A stretch of DNA of 64,000 bases, from the NCBI GenBank assembly GCA_963835065.1, contig CAWIEK010000057.1, forward strand, positions 1 to 64,000, given 5' to 3'. Under the pieces are notes generated by a model, which was given only the letters and a program-made list of their open reading frames with translations, had not been told where the DNA came from and made no database searches. The DNA comes from an uncultured Chthonomonadaceae bacterium. GTDB taxonomy: Bacteria > Armatimonadota > Chthonomonadetes > Chthonomonadales > Chthonomonadaceae. The first letter of the stretch is position 1. Each line of letters opens with the position of its first letter. The position numbers were made by a program, and so were the translations under genes. Of the stretch, positions 9,892-20,321 are shown one piece after another.

Positions 9892-11175
9892 TCAGTTGGA
9901 CGGAATAATGCGCGCTTCGTAAGGTTCAAGCGTGATGAGTTCCTGTTTTCCGTAGGGAAGTTGAAAACTTGTCGGCGTTTTGCGCACATTCACCAGCACC
10001 GTGAAGGCTTCCCTGTCAAGCTTTCTCGTGAAAGCGATTACATCGTTGTTTCCGAATTCACTCAACTCTCCCCGTTGTAAGGAAGCATGAGCGTTTACAA
10101 GACGGAGCAGCGCGGTAAACCGGTGCATGGTATCCGATCCGGTGTGCCAATCCAACTTGGAGCGCGTGAAAATAGGGATTCTCTCCGGCCAGGCGATTTC
10201 TTCTCCATCATAAACTAAAGGATTGCCTCCGTACAGGACGGCAAGGGCAAAGGCCGCGTATGCGCCTTCCGTTCCTCCATATACGGAAACCGGAGAAGCG
10301 GCTACAGCCTCGTCGTGATTAGTGGCGTAGTGCATCCTCGGCTTACCACCTTCCTTCGCCAGCGCTTCCCGAAGGCGAGAGGCTGGCTTGCCACTTCCAA
10401 TCACCTCTTTCAAAGCGGTGCAGAAATCCCAGGCATACACATAATCGAAGCCGGACTGATAGTGGTCCGGGCGAGTGCCCTCGGCAAGCAGAAGCAGTTT
10501 TTTCGGGGAATGGACGCGCAGGGCGGCAATCAACGGCTGCCAGAAATCACGAGTAATAAAGTCGGCGGCATCGCACCGGAAACCATCAATATCCGCCTTG
10601 TCGAGCCAGAACTCCATACTTCGCGTCATTTCCGCGCGCATGTCTGCGTTCTTGTGATCGAGCTGCGCGACATCCTGCCAGACAGTCCCTGGTGGAATAA
10701 TCACGTTCCCCGCCGCGTCCTGCCGGTACCACTCCTTATGTTGCGTGAGCCATGGATTGTCCCAGGCGGTGTGGTTGGGCACCCAATCGAGGATTACCTT
10801 CAGCCCAAGTCCGCGCGCGCGTTTCACAAAGGATTGCAGATCGGCCAAAGTGCCAAGTTCGGGATTGACGCGGGTGTAATCGGCGACCGAGTAAGGCGAT
10901 CCCATGCCACCGGCGGACCGCACCTGCCCAACGGGGTAGATCGGCATCAGCCATACGACCGTCGCGCCGAGTTTGCGGATTGCAGGCAGTCTTGCCTCCG
11001 CGCCTTTCAAATCGCCGGAATCGGAAATGGCGCGGAAGTTGACCTCGTAGAAGACCTCCTGCGCAACGGCGCGGGCGGCAAGCGGCCACAGAATAAGCGC
11101 CGCCAGCAGCCTGAAAGCCACGAAAGCCCATCGCTTCTTCGGCCTCTTTATCTCCTTGATTTCATCCTCTGCCAT
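9892..11175 (-). CDS. GH13 alpha-amylase family glycoside hydrolase, probably secreted
   Basis: VILDWVPNH, IDGFRCDAA, LLLAE, YATNHDE conserved regions; N-terminal signal-like segment. Confidence 0.93.
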   Translation of the reverse strand: MAEDEIKEIKRPKKRWAFVAFRLLAALILWPLAARAVAQEVFYEVNFRAISDSGDLKGAEARLPAIRKLGATVVWLMPIYPVGQVRSAGGMGSPYSVADYTRVNPELGTLADLQSFVKRARGLGLKVILDWVPNHTAWDNPWLTQHKEWYRQDAAGNVIIPPGTVWQDVAQLDHKNADMRAEMTRSMEFWLDKADIDGFRCDAADFITRDFWQPLIAALRVHSPKKLLLLAEGTRPDHYQSGFDYVYAWDFCTALKEVIGSGKPASRLREALAKEGGKPRMHYATNHDEAVAASPVSVYGGTEGAYAAFALAVLYGGNPLVYDGEEIAWPERIPIFTRSKLDWHTGSDTMHRFTALLRLVNAHASLQRGELSEFGNNDVIAFTRKLDREAFTVLVNVRKTPTSFQLPYGKQELITLEPYEARIIPSN

Positions 11176-11182
11176 TGGCTAT

Positions 11183-13765
11183 TTACCCCTGCTTTTCCGC
11201 TTTGCGCTTGCTTTTGCCGCCTGTGGTGGTTCGCTTGTGTTCGGACGGCAGGGCTTTGGGTTCGGGCGCGTGGCTTTTGCCGTTGCCGCTTCCATTGCCC
11301 ATCAGGGAAGGCTCTGTGGTGACAACGGCGGGCAGCAGGGCAAGGGCGAGAACCTCGTCCATGTGCGTGACCAGATGAAAGCGCATGTCATCGCGCACGC
11401 TGGCCGTCAGGTCTTCCAAATCTTTGTCGTTTTCCGCAGGCAATATCACCTCCAGAATGCCCGCGCGCCGCGCCGCCAGAACCTTTTCCTTGATGCCGCC
11501 AACCGGAAGTACGCGCCCGCGCAGGGTGATTTCGCCCGTCATGGCAAGGTTTTTGCGCACGGGCCGGCGCGTCAGGGCGGAAGCAATCGCCGTTGCCAGC
11601 GTGATGCCCGCCGAAGGGCCATCCTTGGGAACGCCACCGGCGGGGACGTGGACATGCACGTCCACGCGGCGATAGAACTCCTCGTCCACGCCCAATTGAA
11701 GCGCCCGCGAACGGACGAAAGAAAACGCCGTTTGCGCGGATTCTTTCATTACGTCGCCCAATTGCCCGGTCAATTGCACTCGTCCCTCATGGCCTTTGAG
11801 CAGGCTCACTTCAATGGTGATTATGTCGCCGCCTACTTCCGTATACGCAAGGCCGGTTGCGGTTGCGATCTCGTCCTGCTCCTCCATCATGCCGTAGTGG
11901 AAACGCCGCTTGCCCAAAAACTCTTTGATGTCGCCCGCGTCTATTTTCACCTTCACCGTCTGGTCGCCCGCTACCCGCCGCGCCACTTTGCGGCACACGC
12001 TGGCGATTTCGCGCTCCAGATTGCGAACGCCCGCTTCCCGCGTGTACTCGCGGATCAGTTTTTGCAGCGCCCCGTCCGTTAATGTAAGCTGCTCCTCGCT
12101 CAAGCCGTGATCCTTGCGCTGCTTGGGAAACAGGAACTGCCGCGCAATGTTGAGTTTTTCCTCTTCCGTGTACCCCGCGAACGTAATGACCTCCATCCGG
12201 TCTTTCAGCGCGGGCGGAACCGGGTCAAGCAGGTTGGCGGTTGTCACGAACATTACGTCCGACAAATCAAAGGGCGCTTCCAGATAGTGGTCGCTGAAAT
12301 CAGCGTTTTGTTCCGGGTCAAGCGCTTCCAGCAGGGCCGAAGACGGATCGCCCCGGAAATCCATGCCCAATTTGTCAATCTCGTCCAGCATGAAAACGGG
12401 GTTTCTCGCGCCCGCCTGCTTGATGCCCTGAATGATGCGCCCCGGCAATGCGCCAATATATGTGCGCCGATGCCCCCGTATTTCCGCTTCGTCCCGGACG
12501 CCGCCAAGCGACACGCGGATAAACTTGCGCCCCAATGCTTTGGCGATGCTTTTGCCGATGGACGTTTTGCCCACGCCCGGAGGCCCGACGAAACATAAAA
12601 TCGGCCCGCGCGTCGTGCCCGTCAGTTTGCGCACGGCCAGAAATTCGACGATACGCTCCTTGGCTTTTTCCAGCCCGAAATGATCTTCGTTCAGCACGTT
12701 CGCGGCTTCATCAATGTCAATGTCATCGGGCGTGGACACGCTCCAGGGCAGGGAAACGAGCCAATCCAGATACGTGCGTATCACCACGCCTTCGGGCGCG
12801 GCGAACGGCATTTTGTCCAGCCGGTCCACTTCGCGCAGGGCGCGTTCGCGGGCGGCTTCCGGCATTTGGGCGGCTTCGATTTTCTCGCGGTACTCGTCCA
12901 GTTCCCCCGTTTTGTCGTCGCGTTCGCCCAATTCCTGCTGAATGGCTTTCATCTGTTCGCGCAGGATGAACTCGCGCTGCGTATCGCCCATCTCTTTTTC
13001 CACGCGGTCCCGAATGTTCTTTTGAATATCCAGTATCTGCGCTTCTTTTTTCAGGATGACTGACAGTTTTTCCAGCCGTTCGCGCGGGTCGAGCGTTTCC
13101 AGCATGTCCTGCTGCTGCTCCACGCGAATCTGGCGCAAAAACGAGGTAATCACGTCCGCCAAGCGCCCCGGCTCGTCCGTATTGACCACGTTTATCAGGG
13201 CTTCGGGCTGAATGTGCTTGCTGATACCCACGACCTGCTGAAACTGCTGCGACACGCTGCGCATCAGGGCTTCGGTCGCCAAATCCTTTACTTCCGAAGA
13301 CGGCAGGGGTTCCAGTTGGACGCTGAAAAACGGCTCGGTTTGCAGGTACTTGACCACCCGGGCGCGTCCCAGGCCTTCCAGCATCACGCGCACGGTTCCG
13401 TCCGGCACACGCAATACCTGCATGATTTCCGCCACGATGCCGATCTGGTAAATTTCATCGGGTTCGGGGTCTTCGGCGTGGAGTTCCTTTTGCGCTACGA
13501 CGAAAATTTGGCGCTGGTTGGCCGCCGCTTCTTCCAGCCCGCGCACGGATTTTTCGCGCCCGACAAGGAGAGGGAACATCTCGTGCGGAAAATGCACCTG
13601 ATCGCGGATCGGCAGCAGGGGCAGGGTTTCGGGAAACTCGGCCATCTCGTCCTTTGCGGCTTCGGCGGCAAGCAGCGCGCCCAGTTCCTCTTGTGCCAGC
13701 CGCAGGGCTTCTTCGGTAAATTCGGGCGGCGGGACTTCCGTTTTCGGCTTGCGCGGGCGTGCCAT
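11183..13765 (-). CDS. lon: ATP-dependent Lon protease
   Basis: LON N-domain, [16 protein letters not shown] catalytic Ser, GGIKEK. Confidence 0.98.
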   Translation of the reverse strand: MARPRKPKTEVPPPEFTEEALRLAQEELGALLAAEAAKDEMAEFPETLPLLPIRDQVHFPHEMFPLLVGREKSVRGLEEAAANQRQIFVVAQKELHAEDPEPDEIYQIGIVAEIMQVLRVPDGTVRVMLEGLGRARVVKYLQTEPFFSVQLEPLPSSEVKDLATEALMRSVSQQFQQVVGISKHIQPEALINVVNTDEPGRLADVITSFLRQIRVEQQQDMLETLDPRERLEKLSVILKKEAQILDIQKNIRDRVEKEMGDTQREFILREQMKAIQQELGERDDKTGELDEYREKIEAAQMPEAARERALREVDRLDKMPFAAPEGVVIRTYLDWLVSLPWSVSTPDDIDIDEAANVLNEDHFGLEKAKERIVEFLAVRKLTGTTRGPILCFVGPPGVGKTSIGKSIAKALGRKFIRVSLGGVRDEAEIRGHRRTYIGALPGRIIQGIKQAGARNPVFMLDEIDKLGMDFRGDPSSALLEALDPEQNADFSDHYLEAPFDLSDVMFVTTANLLDPVPPALKDRMEVITFAGYTEEEKLNIARQFLFPKQRKDHGLSEEQLTLTDGALQKLIREYTREAGVRNLEREIASVCRKVARRVAGDQTVKVKIDAGDIKEFLGKRRFHYGMMEEQDEIATATGLAYTEVGGDIITIEVSLLKGHEGRVQLTGQLGDVMKESAQTAFSFVRSRALQLGVDEEFYRRVDVHVHVPAGGVPKDGPSAGITLATAIASALTRRPVRKNLAMTGEITLRGRVLPVGGIKEKVLAARRAGILEVILPAENDKDLEDLTASVRDDMRFHLVTHMDEVLALALLPAVVTTEPSLMGNGSGNGKSHAPEPKALPSEHKRTTTGGKSKRKAEKQG

Positions 13766-13780
13766 AATATCACTCCTCCA

Positions 13781-13862
13781 TAGGGTTCTATGGTTTTAGG
13801 GTTTTAGGGTTTCAGGTGTTCGGGTATTCAGGTATTCGGGTGTTCAGGTAGTTGGCGTTCGG
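13781..13862. repeat. Octamer array (TTTTAGGG; GGTRTTCR) upstream of lon
   Basis: ggttttagggttttagggtttcaggtgttcgggtattcaggtattcgggtgttcagg; reverse complement closely matches 61868-61943. Confidence 0.85.
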
Positions 13863-14055
13863 ATTTGCCGCGAATTTGTTGCGGAGTGGCGAGTAAAGAC
13901 CTGTTGAAGACCTTGTTATCGAACAAAGATGAGTCAAAGAAAGAAATTTAAGCGAATGGATTGCAAACATAGGTTAAACTAACTATACGCGCCAACTCCG
14001 AAAAAGGTTGTTGGTAACTGCCAGCCCGTAATCGGCGGCGCGTTTCTTCCATAAT

Positions 14056-14106
14056 TCCGTATTCCTATATTCCTATATTCTGTCTTCTGTCTTCTACACT
14101 TCTGCT
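14056..14106. repeat. C-rich arm (TATTCCTA, TCTTCTG units) abutting the CHASE2 start codon
   Basis: attccgtattcctatattcctatattctgtcttctgtcttctacacttctgct, then ATG at 14108. Confidence 0.7.
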
Positions 14107-14107
14107 T

Positions 14108-15982
14108 ATGAAACCACTCGCGTTCCTTCGCGTTCCGACGCGGCTATCTTTGTTCTGGAAACGACGCCGGGATTTGCTCTTGGGCAGCCTGGTCGTCGCG
14201 CTGGTTGGGTTCCTCACGCCCTGGCTGAACCAACGGGCGGTAGTGAGTCAGGTGGCGTGGGAGGTGTTCGAGCGGTTTTATAAAGCGCGCGATGTCCGTT
14301 CGATTGAGAACCGGGTTGCCGTTATCGCCGTAGACGATGAAGCGTACAGCCATTTCGAAATCAAAGAGCCGCTGTCGCGCAAGTATCTGGCCGGGTTGGT
14401 TTCCACGCTGTGCCAGAACAGCCATCCGCAGGCAATTGGCATTGACGTGCTGCTGGACGCGCCTTCTCCCCCCGGCCACGAATTTGAAGATGATATGCTG
14501 GAAGAAGCCTTACAGCTTGCGCAGGCGCGGCATGTGCCCGTCGTGATTGTCTGCAATCCCGAACCCGCAACGAATGAACCGCCGATTTTCCCTTTGCGCC
14601 GTTTCGCGCAGTGGTGCGATGTGGGCCATGCGCTGCTGCGCAAAGGCGAGGGCAGCGCGGGCGGGGAAGTGCGCGAGGTAGATTGGCTCAAACCGTTTCA
14701 ACAGCAGATTATACCGGCGTTTTCCGCGCAGATTGCGGCGCGTACACAGGGCATCGGCGCGGGCGAAACCGAAGCGTGGGTGCGAAAAACCCTGCGCCCG
14801 CGCCGCGAATTCAGTCCCTACTTGTTCTTCATACCGAACGATGTTATCAAGTTCGCTGACATTCCCGCCGATGAGGTTGTACCGGAAAATTCAGCCGCGC
14901 TGCAAAGTTTTGACAACAAAATCGTTTTAATTGGGGCAACCGCCAAAGCCAGAGGCGACATACTGCAAGCGCCCCTGCGGCTGGAAAAATATCCTGAAGG
15001 CATGCCGGGGGTGTTCGGCCATGCGTTTGCCGTGACCACACTGCTGGGGCCGGGGCTGACGGTTCCTCCCGCCTGGTTCGAGTCGGGGCTGTCCATGCTG
15101 CTCGGCGGCCTGTTCTTGTGGATGCTGTACCGTGTTGGCAGCGCGCGAACCTTTATTTGGTCTGCCTTTGCGCTGTGTCTGCTGGCGGCTGTCACCCTGT
15201 TGCTTTGCTGTTTTACCGGTGTGCTGCTGAACTTTATCCCCTCGCTTGGCGCGATTTTCATTTGTGGTCTTGTCTGGTGGTATCGGCGCAAGCGTTATCT
15301 GAACGCCTGCTACGAATCGTTTCTTACCCGGCCTGTTGTGCGCGGCATCGGGCAGGTGAACGATATAAATGCGTTTCGCTCTACAACCGCGCCCGGCAGC
15401 ATCCTGTTTTGCGATCTTATCGGCTACAGCAAGGCGTGTCGCCACCTGTCGCCCGAAGAAGCGATTCGGCTGGTCAACTACTATCTGTCGCCCGTTGCCG
15501 ACATTGTACAGCAGTATGGCGGCATTCTGGACAAGTATCTGGGCGACGGCTGCTTCGCCTTTTTCGGCGTCGGCACGTATGGCGAAAAGTCGCTTTCCCC
15601 TGCCGCCGCCGCGCTCAACGCCGCCCGCGCCGCGTGGCGTATTCATCAGGAAATGGAAACATTGCGCACTCAGGCGGCAGCCAACAACGTGCCCGAACTG
15701 ACGCTCAGTATCGGTATCCACACGGGGCCGCTGACAGCGGGACTGGTCGGCCCGGAAGGCCGCAAGCAGTTTACTGTCATTGGCGACTCGGTCAACGACG
15801 CCTGCCGCGTGGAAAGCATCGGGCATCAAACCGGCGTGACCCCGCCCTTCACCACCCGTATTCAAGTCTCAGAAGCCGCCGCCCACCTGCTTGCTGGCGT
15901 CGCCGTTCTGGAGTTAAAAAACTATACGCCCACGGAAAAATACTCTGCGCCCATCTTTGAACTGCAAAACCTTGTGGATTGA
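14108..15982 (+). CDS. CHASE2-domain membrane adenylate/guanylate cyclase
   Basis: CHASE2 (VAVIAVDD, IGIDVLL, KIVLIGAT, PGVFGHA), 3 TM; cyclase ILFCDLIGYS, DKYLGDG, FTVIGDSVNDACRVES. Confidence 0.93.
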   Translation: MKPLAFLRVPTRLSLFWKRRRDLLLGSLVVALVGFLTPWLNQRAVVSQVAWEVFERFYKARDVRSIENRVAVIAVDDEAYSHFEIKEPLSRKYLAGLVSTLCQNSHPQAIGIDVLLDAPSPPGHEFEDDMLEEALQLAQARHVPVVIVCNPEPATNEPPIFPLRRFAQWCDVGHALLRKGEGSAGGEVREVDWLKPFQQQIIPAFSAQIAARTQGIGAGETEAWVRKTLRPRREFSPYLFFIPNDVIKFADIPADEVVPENSAALQSFDNKIVLIGATAKARGDILQAPLRLEKYPEGMPGVFGHAFAVTTLLGPGLTVPPAWFESGLSMLLGGLFLWMLYRVGSARTFIWSAFALCLLAAVTLLLCCFTGVLLNFIPSLGAIFICGLVWWYRRKRYLNACYESFLTRPVVRGIGQVNDINAFRSTTAPGSILFCDLIGYSKACRHLSPEEAIRLVNYYLSPVADIVQQYGGILDKYLGDGCFAFFGVGTYGEKSLSPAAAALNAARAAWRIHQEMETLRTQAAANNVPELTLSIGIHTGPLTAGLVGPEGRKQFTVIGDSVNDACRVESIGHQTGVTPPFTTRIQVSEAAAHLLAGVAVLELKNYTPTEKYSAPIFELQNLVD

Positions 15983-16011
15983 CGATTGACGATTTTCGAT
16001 TGCCGATTGGG
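15977..16011. repeat. Unpaired heptamer arm (GATTTTC/GATTGAC) at the CHASE2 stop
   Basis: gattgacgattgacgattttcgattgccgattgg. Confidence 0.75.
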
Positions 16012-16030
16012 GATTATCAGTCAGTGACAA

Positions 16031-17008
16031 TCAAGCAGAAGGTTCCTCTGTTTGATTGTCTTCAACGAGATTTTCGGCGGCAGTGTTTGTCCACGTCAGG
16101 CTTTGGTGATTCCATGCCTGATGGAACGCGACATTGCCTGCCGCCGCAGAAAGTAGTGGCATCAAAAAGGAAATAAGCAGGTTTATAATCGCTTCAAACG
16201 AGGGTGTTTGATCGGCTGGCAGATTGCTTTTGGATACAAACTTCTGCCACTGAGCTTTGTTACTGGCATCCTCATAGTACGCAGGTGTGAGAGCAATGGG
16301 AAGCTGTGAAGGCAATTCCGTTTCCCGGCGCTCGAACGTGGCGGCAACTGCTTCCGCCAACAGCATACCGTCAAAATCAAAATGCGTTGCCAGATACCAA
16401 AGGTCATAAAAGTCCTTCAATCGGCTGTTTGCTAACGCCAATTTCACCATTGCCTGACACTTCTCCGCGACAACTGTTTCGCGTGGATACGTGAGCATCT
16501 TTGCGGCAGGCATGGCAAGCAGGGTAGGCAGTTCGGCTACCTGAGCCGCAGGGGTAATCGCGTCCCCAAAGCCTACATCTACCTGAACCGGTATTGTGAT
16601 CCCACCAAGTTTAGCGGTTAGTTTGATACGAACACCTTCGTATTCTTCTCCTTCCTTAATGATTGCTCCTGTGACTGTTTCGGGCAAGTATTGAAGGCCG
16701 TCGTCTTCAACAGGCTCCTGACAAATCTGTTTAAACACATCTACGATATGAGACGTTTGTGGATTACCGTGACCAAGCAAGTCAAGGTCGCGCGTAGGTC
16801 TGTGTACTTCTCCGGTCCAATGGGCAAATAGGGTCGCTCCTTTAAGAACGAAACCTTGCGTATGAGTTGACAAACTGAGACGATAGAGCAGGCGCTCGTT
16901 GGCATAGCGTGTCAGCACCAACTGAAACTCCTCTTTGCGTTGTTTGCTGATTTGAAGCAGACGCGCACTAACGGATGCTGCCATATTGCGCGGACGTTCT
17001 GTACTCAT
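16031..17008 (-). CDS. abiEii: AbiEii-family nucleotidyltransferase toxin (type IV TA)
   Basis: ERLLYRL, FVLKGAT, RPTRDLDL, QVDVGFGD, TVVAEK, NSRLKDFYD. Confidence 0.93.
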   Translation of the reverse strand: MSTERPRNMAASVSARLLQISKQRKEEFQLVLTRYANERLLYRLSLSTHTQGFVLKGATLFAHWTGEVHRPTRDLDLLGHGNPQTSHIVDVFKQICQEPVEDDGLQYLPETVTGAIIKEGEEYEGVRIKLTAKLGGITIPVQVDVGFGDAITPAAQVAELPTLLAMPAAKMLTYPRETVVAEKCQAMVKLALANSRLKDFYDLWYLATHFDFDGMLLAEAVAATFERRETELPSQLPIALTPAYYEDASNKAQWQKFVSKSNLPADQTPSFEAIINLLISFLMPLLSAAAGNVAFHQAWNHQSLTWTNTAAENLVEDNQTEEPSA

Positions 17009-17607
17009 ACAAGCGCCTCCAGATAGGGTTTCATAACGCTAATGATGTGAACTTTCGCAGCGTACTGCCACAACTCGTCCATTGTGGCTCTTCGTTCGCG
17101 CCAACATTCGCGCAATGCTTCAAGAGCCACTTCCAGCCCGATTTTGTTTCGATAGCGGAAACAGTCGGCTACTGTTTTAGGAACGTTGTACACGCGAACA
17201 ATACCCTCCGGCGCTTGATGTTCTTCAACACCCAACGACAACGCCTCTCCCGAAAACCGAACAATCTTAACAGGCGGGTAGTCAATACGGGGCAGATGCG
17301 ATTTTGGATGTACTGCCATCCAGACTTGATGTGGGCTTTGCGTTCCAAGATTATGAAAGCGCAACGCCGTCAGGAGACACAGAACTCCATTAGGAACTCT
17401 TTTGCATACCTCAGCAAGCGAGTAATTTTCTGAAATTTCCGCATCGGAAAGAATGTAGATGCCACGTCCTGAACGTTGCATCTGCCCGCCCTCATAGAGA
17501 CGTTGAAGATACACAGAGGGGATGTTTAGTTCCCTCAAGTCTCGTGGACGAATCATTCCCTGCTGACGCGCAAGTTGAATTATCTGCTCTGTGCGATCTT
17601 TGCTCAT
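17005..17607 (-). CDS. abiEi: AbiEi-family antitoxin / autorepressor
   Basis: wHTH RSGRGIY, CLLTALRFH, KTVADCFRYRNKIGLEVALEAL; 4-nt overlap with the toxin. Confidence 0.92.
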   Translation of the reverse strand: MSKDRTEQIIQLARQQGMIRPRDLRELNIPSVYLQRLYEGGQMQRSGRGIYILSDAEISENYSLAEVCKRVPNGVLCLLTALRFHNLGTQSPHQVWMAVHPKSHLPRIDYPPVKIVRFSGEALSLGVEEHQAPEGIVRVYNVPKTVADCFRYRNKIGLEVALEALRECWRERRATMDELWQYAAKVHIISVMKPYLEALV

Positions 17608-17674
17608 TGTTCTATAATGTCGTTAGTTAGGTTTGTCTACCGACATTATAGAACAACTCGGCTCTGCTTGTCTA
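17607..17674 (-). promoter_or_regulatory. abiE promoter with a perfect 16-bp inverted-repeat operator
   Basis: TTGTTCTATAATGTCG (17607-17622) N18 CGACATTATAGAACAA (17641-17656); minus strand TAGACA-N18-TATAAT. Confidence 0.8.
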
Positions 17675-18295
17675 GGGAGAGCAGCATTGGTCGTAGCAGG
17701 CGCAAGGCTGGGAGGTGCGCCATGCCCAGCCGCTGTCGCCATAGGACCAGTGCCACCATTCTTCGGGGTAGTTGGAAAATCCGGCGTGTACCATAGCGGC
17801 GAACAGCATTTGACGGTGCAGGGCGGCTTGGGGAGAAAGGTGGGCGTAATCGGCGCGGGTTGCGGCAAGGGTAAACGGCCCCATGTCGGCGCGTTTGCCC
17901 TGCGGCGTGAGCAGGCCGACATCTACGGCTCCACCTGTGGTATGTGGCGGCGGAGCGAGTGTGTCGGATGCGGCCACGTATTTATTGGCGGCATCATGGA
18001 CGTAAGCGCGGGAGCGGAAGGGATGCAGCAGGCGGGACACGCAAAGAGCAATGTGAAACAAACGCGCCTGCTTATCGGGACTGCGGTACGCATCGCCTAC
18101 GCGCAAGCGATAGCCGGGATGATGAATTTCCAGCCATGCCTGCGCATCATTCAGCCGTTGTGCCGCGCCGGAGCGAAGATAGAGGGGGCGCGTACCGACT
18201 TCTACATTGGGGCAAAATTGGCGCAAATCCACCAGCGGTTCGCCACACTCCACAATAGGAACCCGGTCTAAATCGGCTATGGTTTCGGTAGGCAT
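17672..18295 (-). CDS. D-Ala-D-Ala dipeptidase (peptidase M15D, VanX-like)
   Basis: VGDAYRS, PPHTTGGAVDV, NYPEEWWHWSYGD; start taken at MPTETIADL. Confidence 0.9.
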   Translation of the reverse strand: MPTETIADLDRVPIVECGEPLVDLRQFCPNVEVGTRPLYLRSGAAQRLNDAQAWLEIHHPGYRLRVGDAYRSPDKQARLFHIALCVSRLLHPFRSRAYVHDAANKYVAASDTLAPPPHTTGGAVDVGLLTPQGKRADMGPFTLAATRADYAHLSPQAALHRQMLFAAMVHAGFSNYPEEWWHWSYGDSGWAWRTSQPCACYDQCCSP

Positions 18296-18306
18296 GAAAC
18301 CGTTGC

Positions 18307-20196
18307 TCAGTTCTTTTCGTGTTCCGGCTTGAGGACGCGGAAGATGGGAGCGGATGTTTTCAGGGGCATTGCGCCTTCTTTCCAGCCTTTGCGCGGCATC
18401 ACGAAGCAGTGGTCGCGGGGCACGAGCAGTTCTTCCTCGCACCAGCCGTCTGTGATAATCATCACGGGCGCGGAGGCGGGAAAGTCCGGGCGGTTGAGCA
18501 GGTAGTTGATGGCGGGCTGCAAAACGGTTCCGCCCCGGCCCTGCACCGGGAAAATGCCGCGCAGATCGGTAGGACACAGAAAGCCCCGGTCATACGGCGC
18601 GGCGTCGCACAACACCAGGCGGACGGCAGGCACTTCGCGGGCTTCGGCATACGAAGCAATCGCGCCCAACGCCCGGCCCAAAAGTTCCCGGTCCATCGAG
18701 CCGGACGTGTCCAAAACCACGCCGAACGTGCAGGCGTCGCGCCACTCCTGCGGCATATAACGGGCGGGGCGCGGTATGTCGGGCGTGGACGCCTGCCGCC
18801 GAGACGCGCGGGCATACGAGCGCAGGCTTTCGCGCACAATGGGAACGTGCGCGTCCATCCACTGCGCCAATTCTACGTCCCAGGGCACGGGCGGCGTGAA
18901 CAGGGATTTGATTTCTTCAATCAGGCCGGCAGGCATTGTGCCGCGTCCGTAGTGCTGACAGGCCAGCCCCGACGCCATGCACCGCCGGTACACATCGTCC
19001 AGCGTGGACACTTCGCCCCGGTAAATGCGCCGCTCGTCCAGCAGCACGTCGCCCTTTTTGCCGCCGAAACCAACAAGATTTTTGCACTTACGCGGATCGC
19101 GTCCGAGCAGGTCATACACTTCTTCCGCCGACATGCCTTTCAAGCGCGGATCGTACAAGCCGCCGATACGCGGAAACTGCCCGATTCCCATTTCCACCAG
19201 CCAGCCGTTTATTACAAAATCAGCGGATAGATTCCAAAGGTACGGGTCACGGCCCTGCAAGCGGGCATGGTGCAAAAGCGCGACGTGCAGCAGTTCGTGA
19301 ACGTACACGAACAACACTTCCTCCTGCGACAAGCCGCGCCCCGTGTGGAAATAGATTTCGCCCAACCCCGCGTTTACGGCTGCGACGGGAATGTCCATGC
19401 GGTCGCACATCGCGCCATCCGCAATCACCCGGAGTTGCGCGGCAAGCGCCCCTAAAAGCGGCAGTTCGTTCATTACCCAGCGCTTGGCGTTTTCTAATGG
19501 ACGCCACGTTTTATTGCGCTCCGTTTCCGCCACTCCGAGCGTTTCCGCCGCTTCCTCTACCGCTCGTTCCACGCCCATGCGGATGCCTTCCGCCAGCAGC
19601 ATTTCATAATCGCGCCTGTCTCCGCCCCGCTGATACAATTCGCCGATGGAGCGGGATACGGAAGCGCGGGGTTCGCGGCGCACAATGTCCGAACGCCCCG
19701 CGCCCGCATACGTTTTCACATTGGCAAGCGCCCGTTTGTCCTCGGCAAGCAGGTCGTAAATGGCGGTTTCCGTCATGCCGATGAAGGCCGTATCTACGCC
19801 GTAATCGTGCGGCGCGTGTCCCAAACGCAACGCGAGGGCGAGATTGTCTGAAGCGTGTTCGCAGGCCAGCGTCCATAGCAGGGCGTGTTTGCCAATTGGA
19901 GCGTCGCCGTGTCCCAAACCAATATGCAGCAGCAAATGCGCGAGAATAAACGTCCACTCCGCTTCGCCCAACTCCTGCCGCCGATGCGGATTGACCCACA
20001 GCGCGTTGGCAGACGGCGACACGCACCCGATAGACACGTCACTGTCTGACTCGTCACACTCCAGCAAGGTCACGTTTGCCAGAAGCGGCGACAGCACGGA
20101 GCGGTGCAGTTGCGAACACGCGCCCCGTATCTGCAGCCGCGTCCGCGCCAGACGGTCTTCCTTATGCTGTTCTTTTTGTTTGCGTTCCTTGCTCAT
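18307..20196 (-). CDS. DUF2201-type metallopeptidase-like + vWA protein with duplicated N-domain
   Basis: First repeat HLLLHIGLGH, second repeat HELLHVALLHH..WNLSAD; vWA VLDTSGSM, GRGGT, IITDG. Confidence 0.88.
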   Translation of the reverse strand: MSKERKQKEQHKEDRLARTRLQIRGACSQLHRSVLSPLLANVTLLECDESDSDVSIGCVSPSANALWVNPHRRQELGEAEWTFILAHLLLHIGLGHGDAPIGKHALLWTLACEHASDNLALALRLGHAPHDYGVDTAFIGMTETAIYDLLAEDKRALANVKTYAGAGRSDIVRREPRASVSRSIGELYQRGGDRRDYEMLLAEGIRMGVERAVEEAAETLGVAETERNKTWRPLENAKRWVMNELPLLGALAAQLRVIADGAMCDRMDIPVAAVNAGLGEIYFHTGRGLSQEEVLFVYVHELLHVALLHHARLQGRDPYLWNLSADFVINGWLVEMGIGQFPRIGGLYDPRLKGMSAEEVYDLLGRDPRKCKNLVGFGGKKGDVLLDERRIYRGEVSTLDDVYRRCMASGLACQHYGRGTMPAGLIEEIKSLFTPPVPWDVELAQWMDAHVPIVRESLRSYARASRRQASTPDIPRPARYMPQEWRDACTFGVVLDTSGSMDRELLGRALGAIASYAEAREVPAVRLVLCDAAPYDRGFLCPTDLRGIFPVQGRGGTVLQPAINYLLNRPDFPASAPVMIITDGWCEEELLVPRDHCFVMPRKGWKEGAMPLKTSAPIFRVLKPEHEKN

Positions 20197-20318
20197 TTTC
20201 GATTGACGATTTTCGATTTTCGATTTTCGATTGTGGATTTCGGATTGTGGTTCGGCTTCTGTCTTCTGTCCTCTGTCTTCTTTTCTTCTCTTCTTCTTTT
20301 CTTCTTTTCTCTCCCCTG
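20197..20318. repeat. Hybrid repeat spacer; on the coding (minus) strand purine/GACAGAA arm after the stop and AAAATCG arm before the start
   Basis: (gattttc)n-gattgtg-cttctgtcttctgtcctctgtc-(ttttcttc)n fills the whole intergenic gap. Confidence 0.85.
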
Positions 20319-20321
20319 CTC

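Noticed and set aside
13793..13812. TTTTAGGG units as a telomere or eukaryotic contamination
   Set aside because: Only 2-3 copies, embedded in a bacterial gene leader and part of the wider repeat family.
17672..18295. VanX-like gene as evidence of vancomycin resistance
   Set aside because: No vanH/vanA/vanR/vanS nearby, and M15D dipeptidases are widespread.
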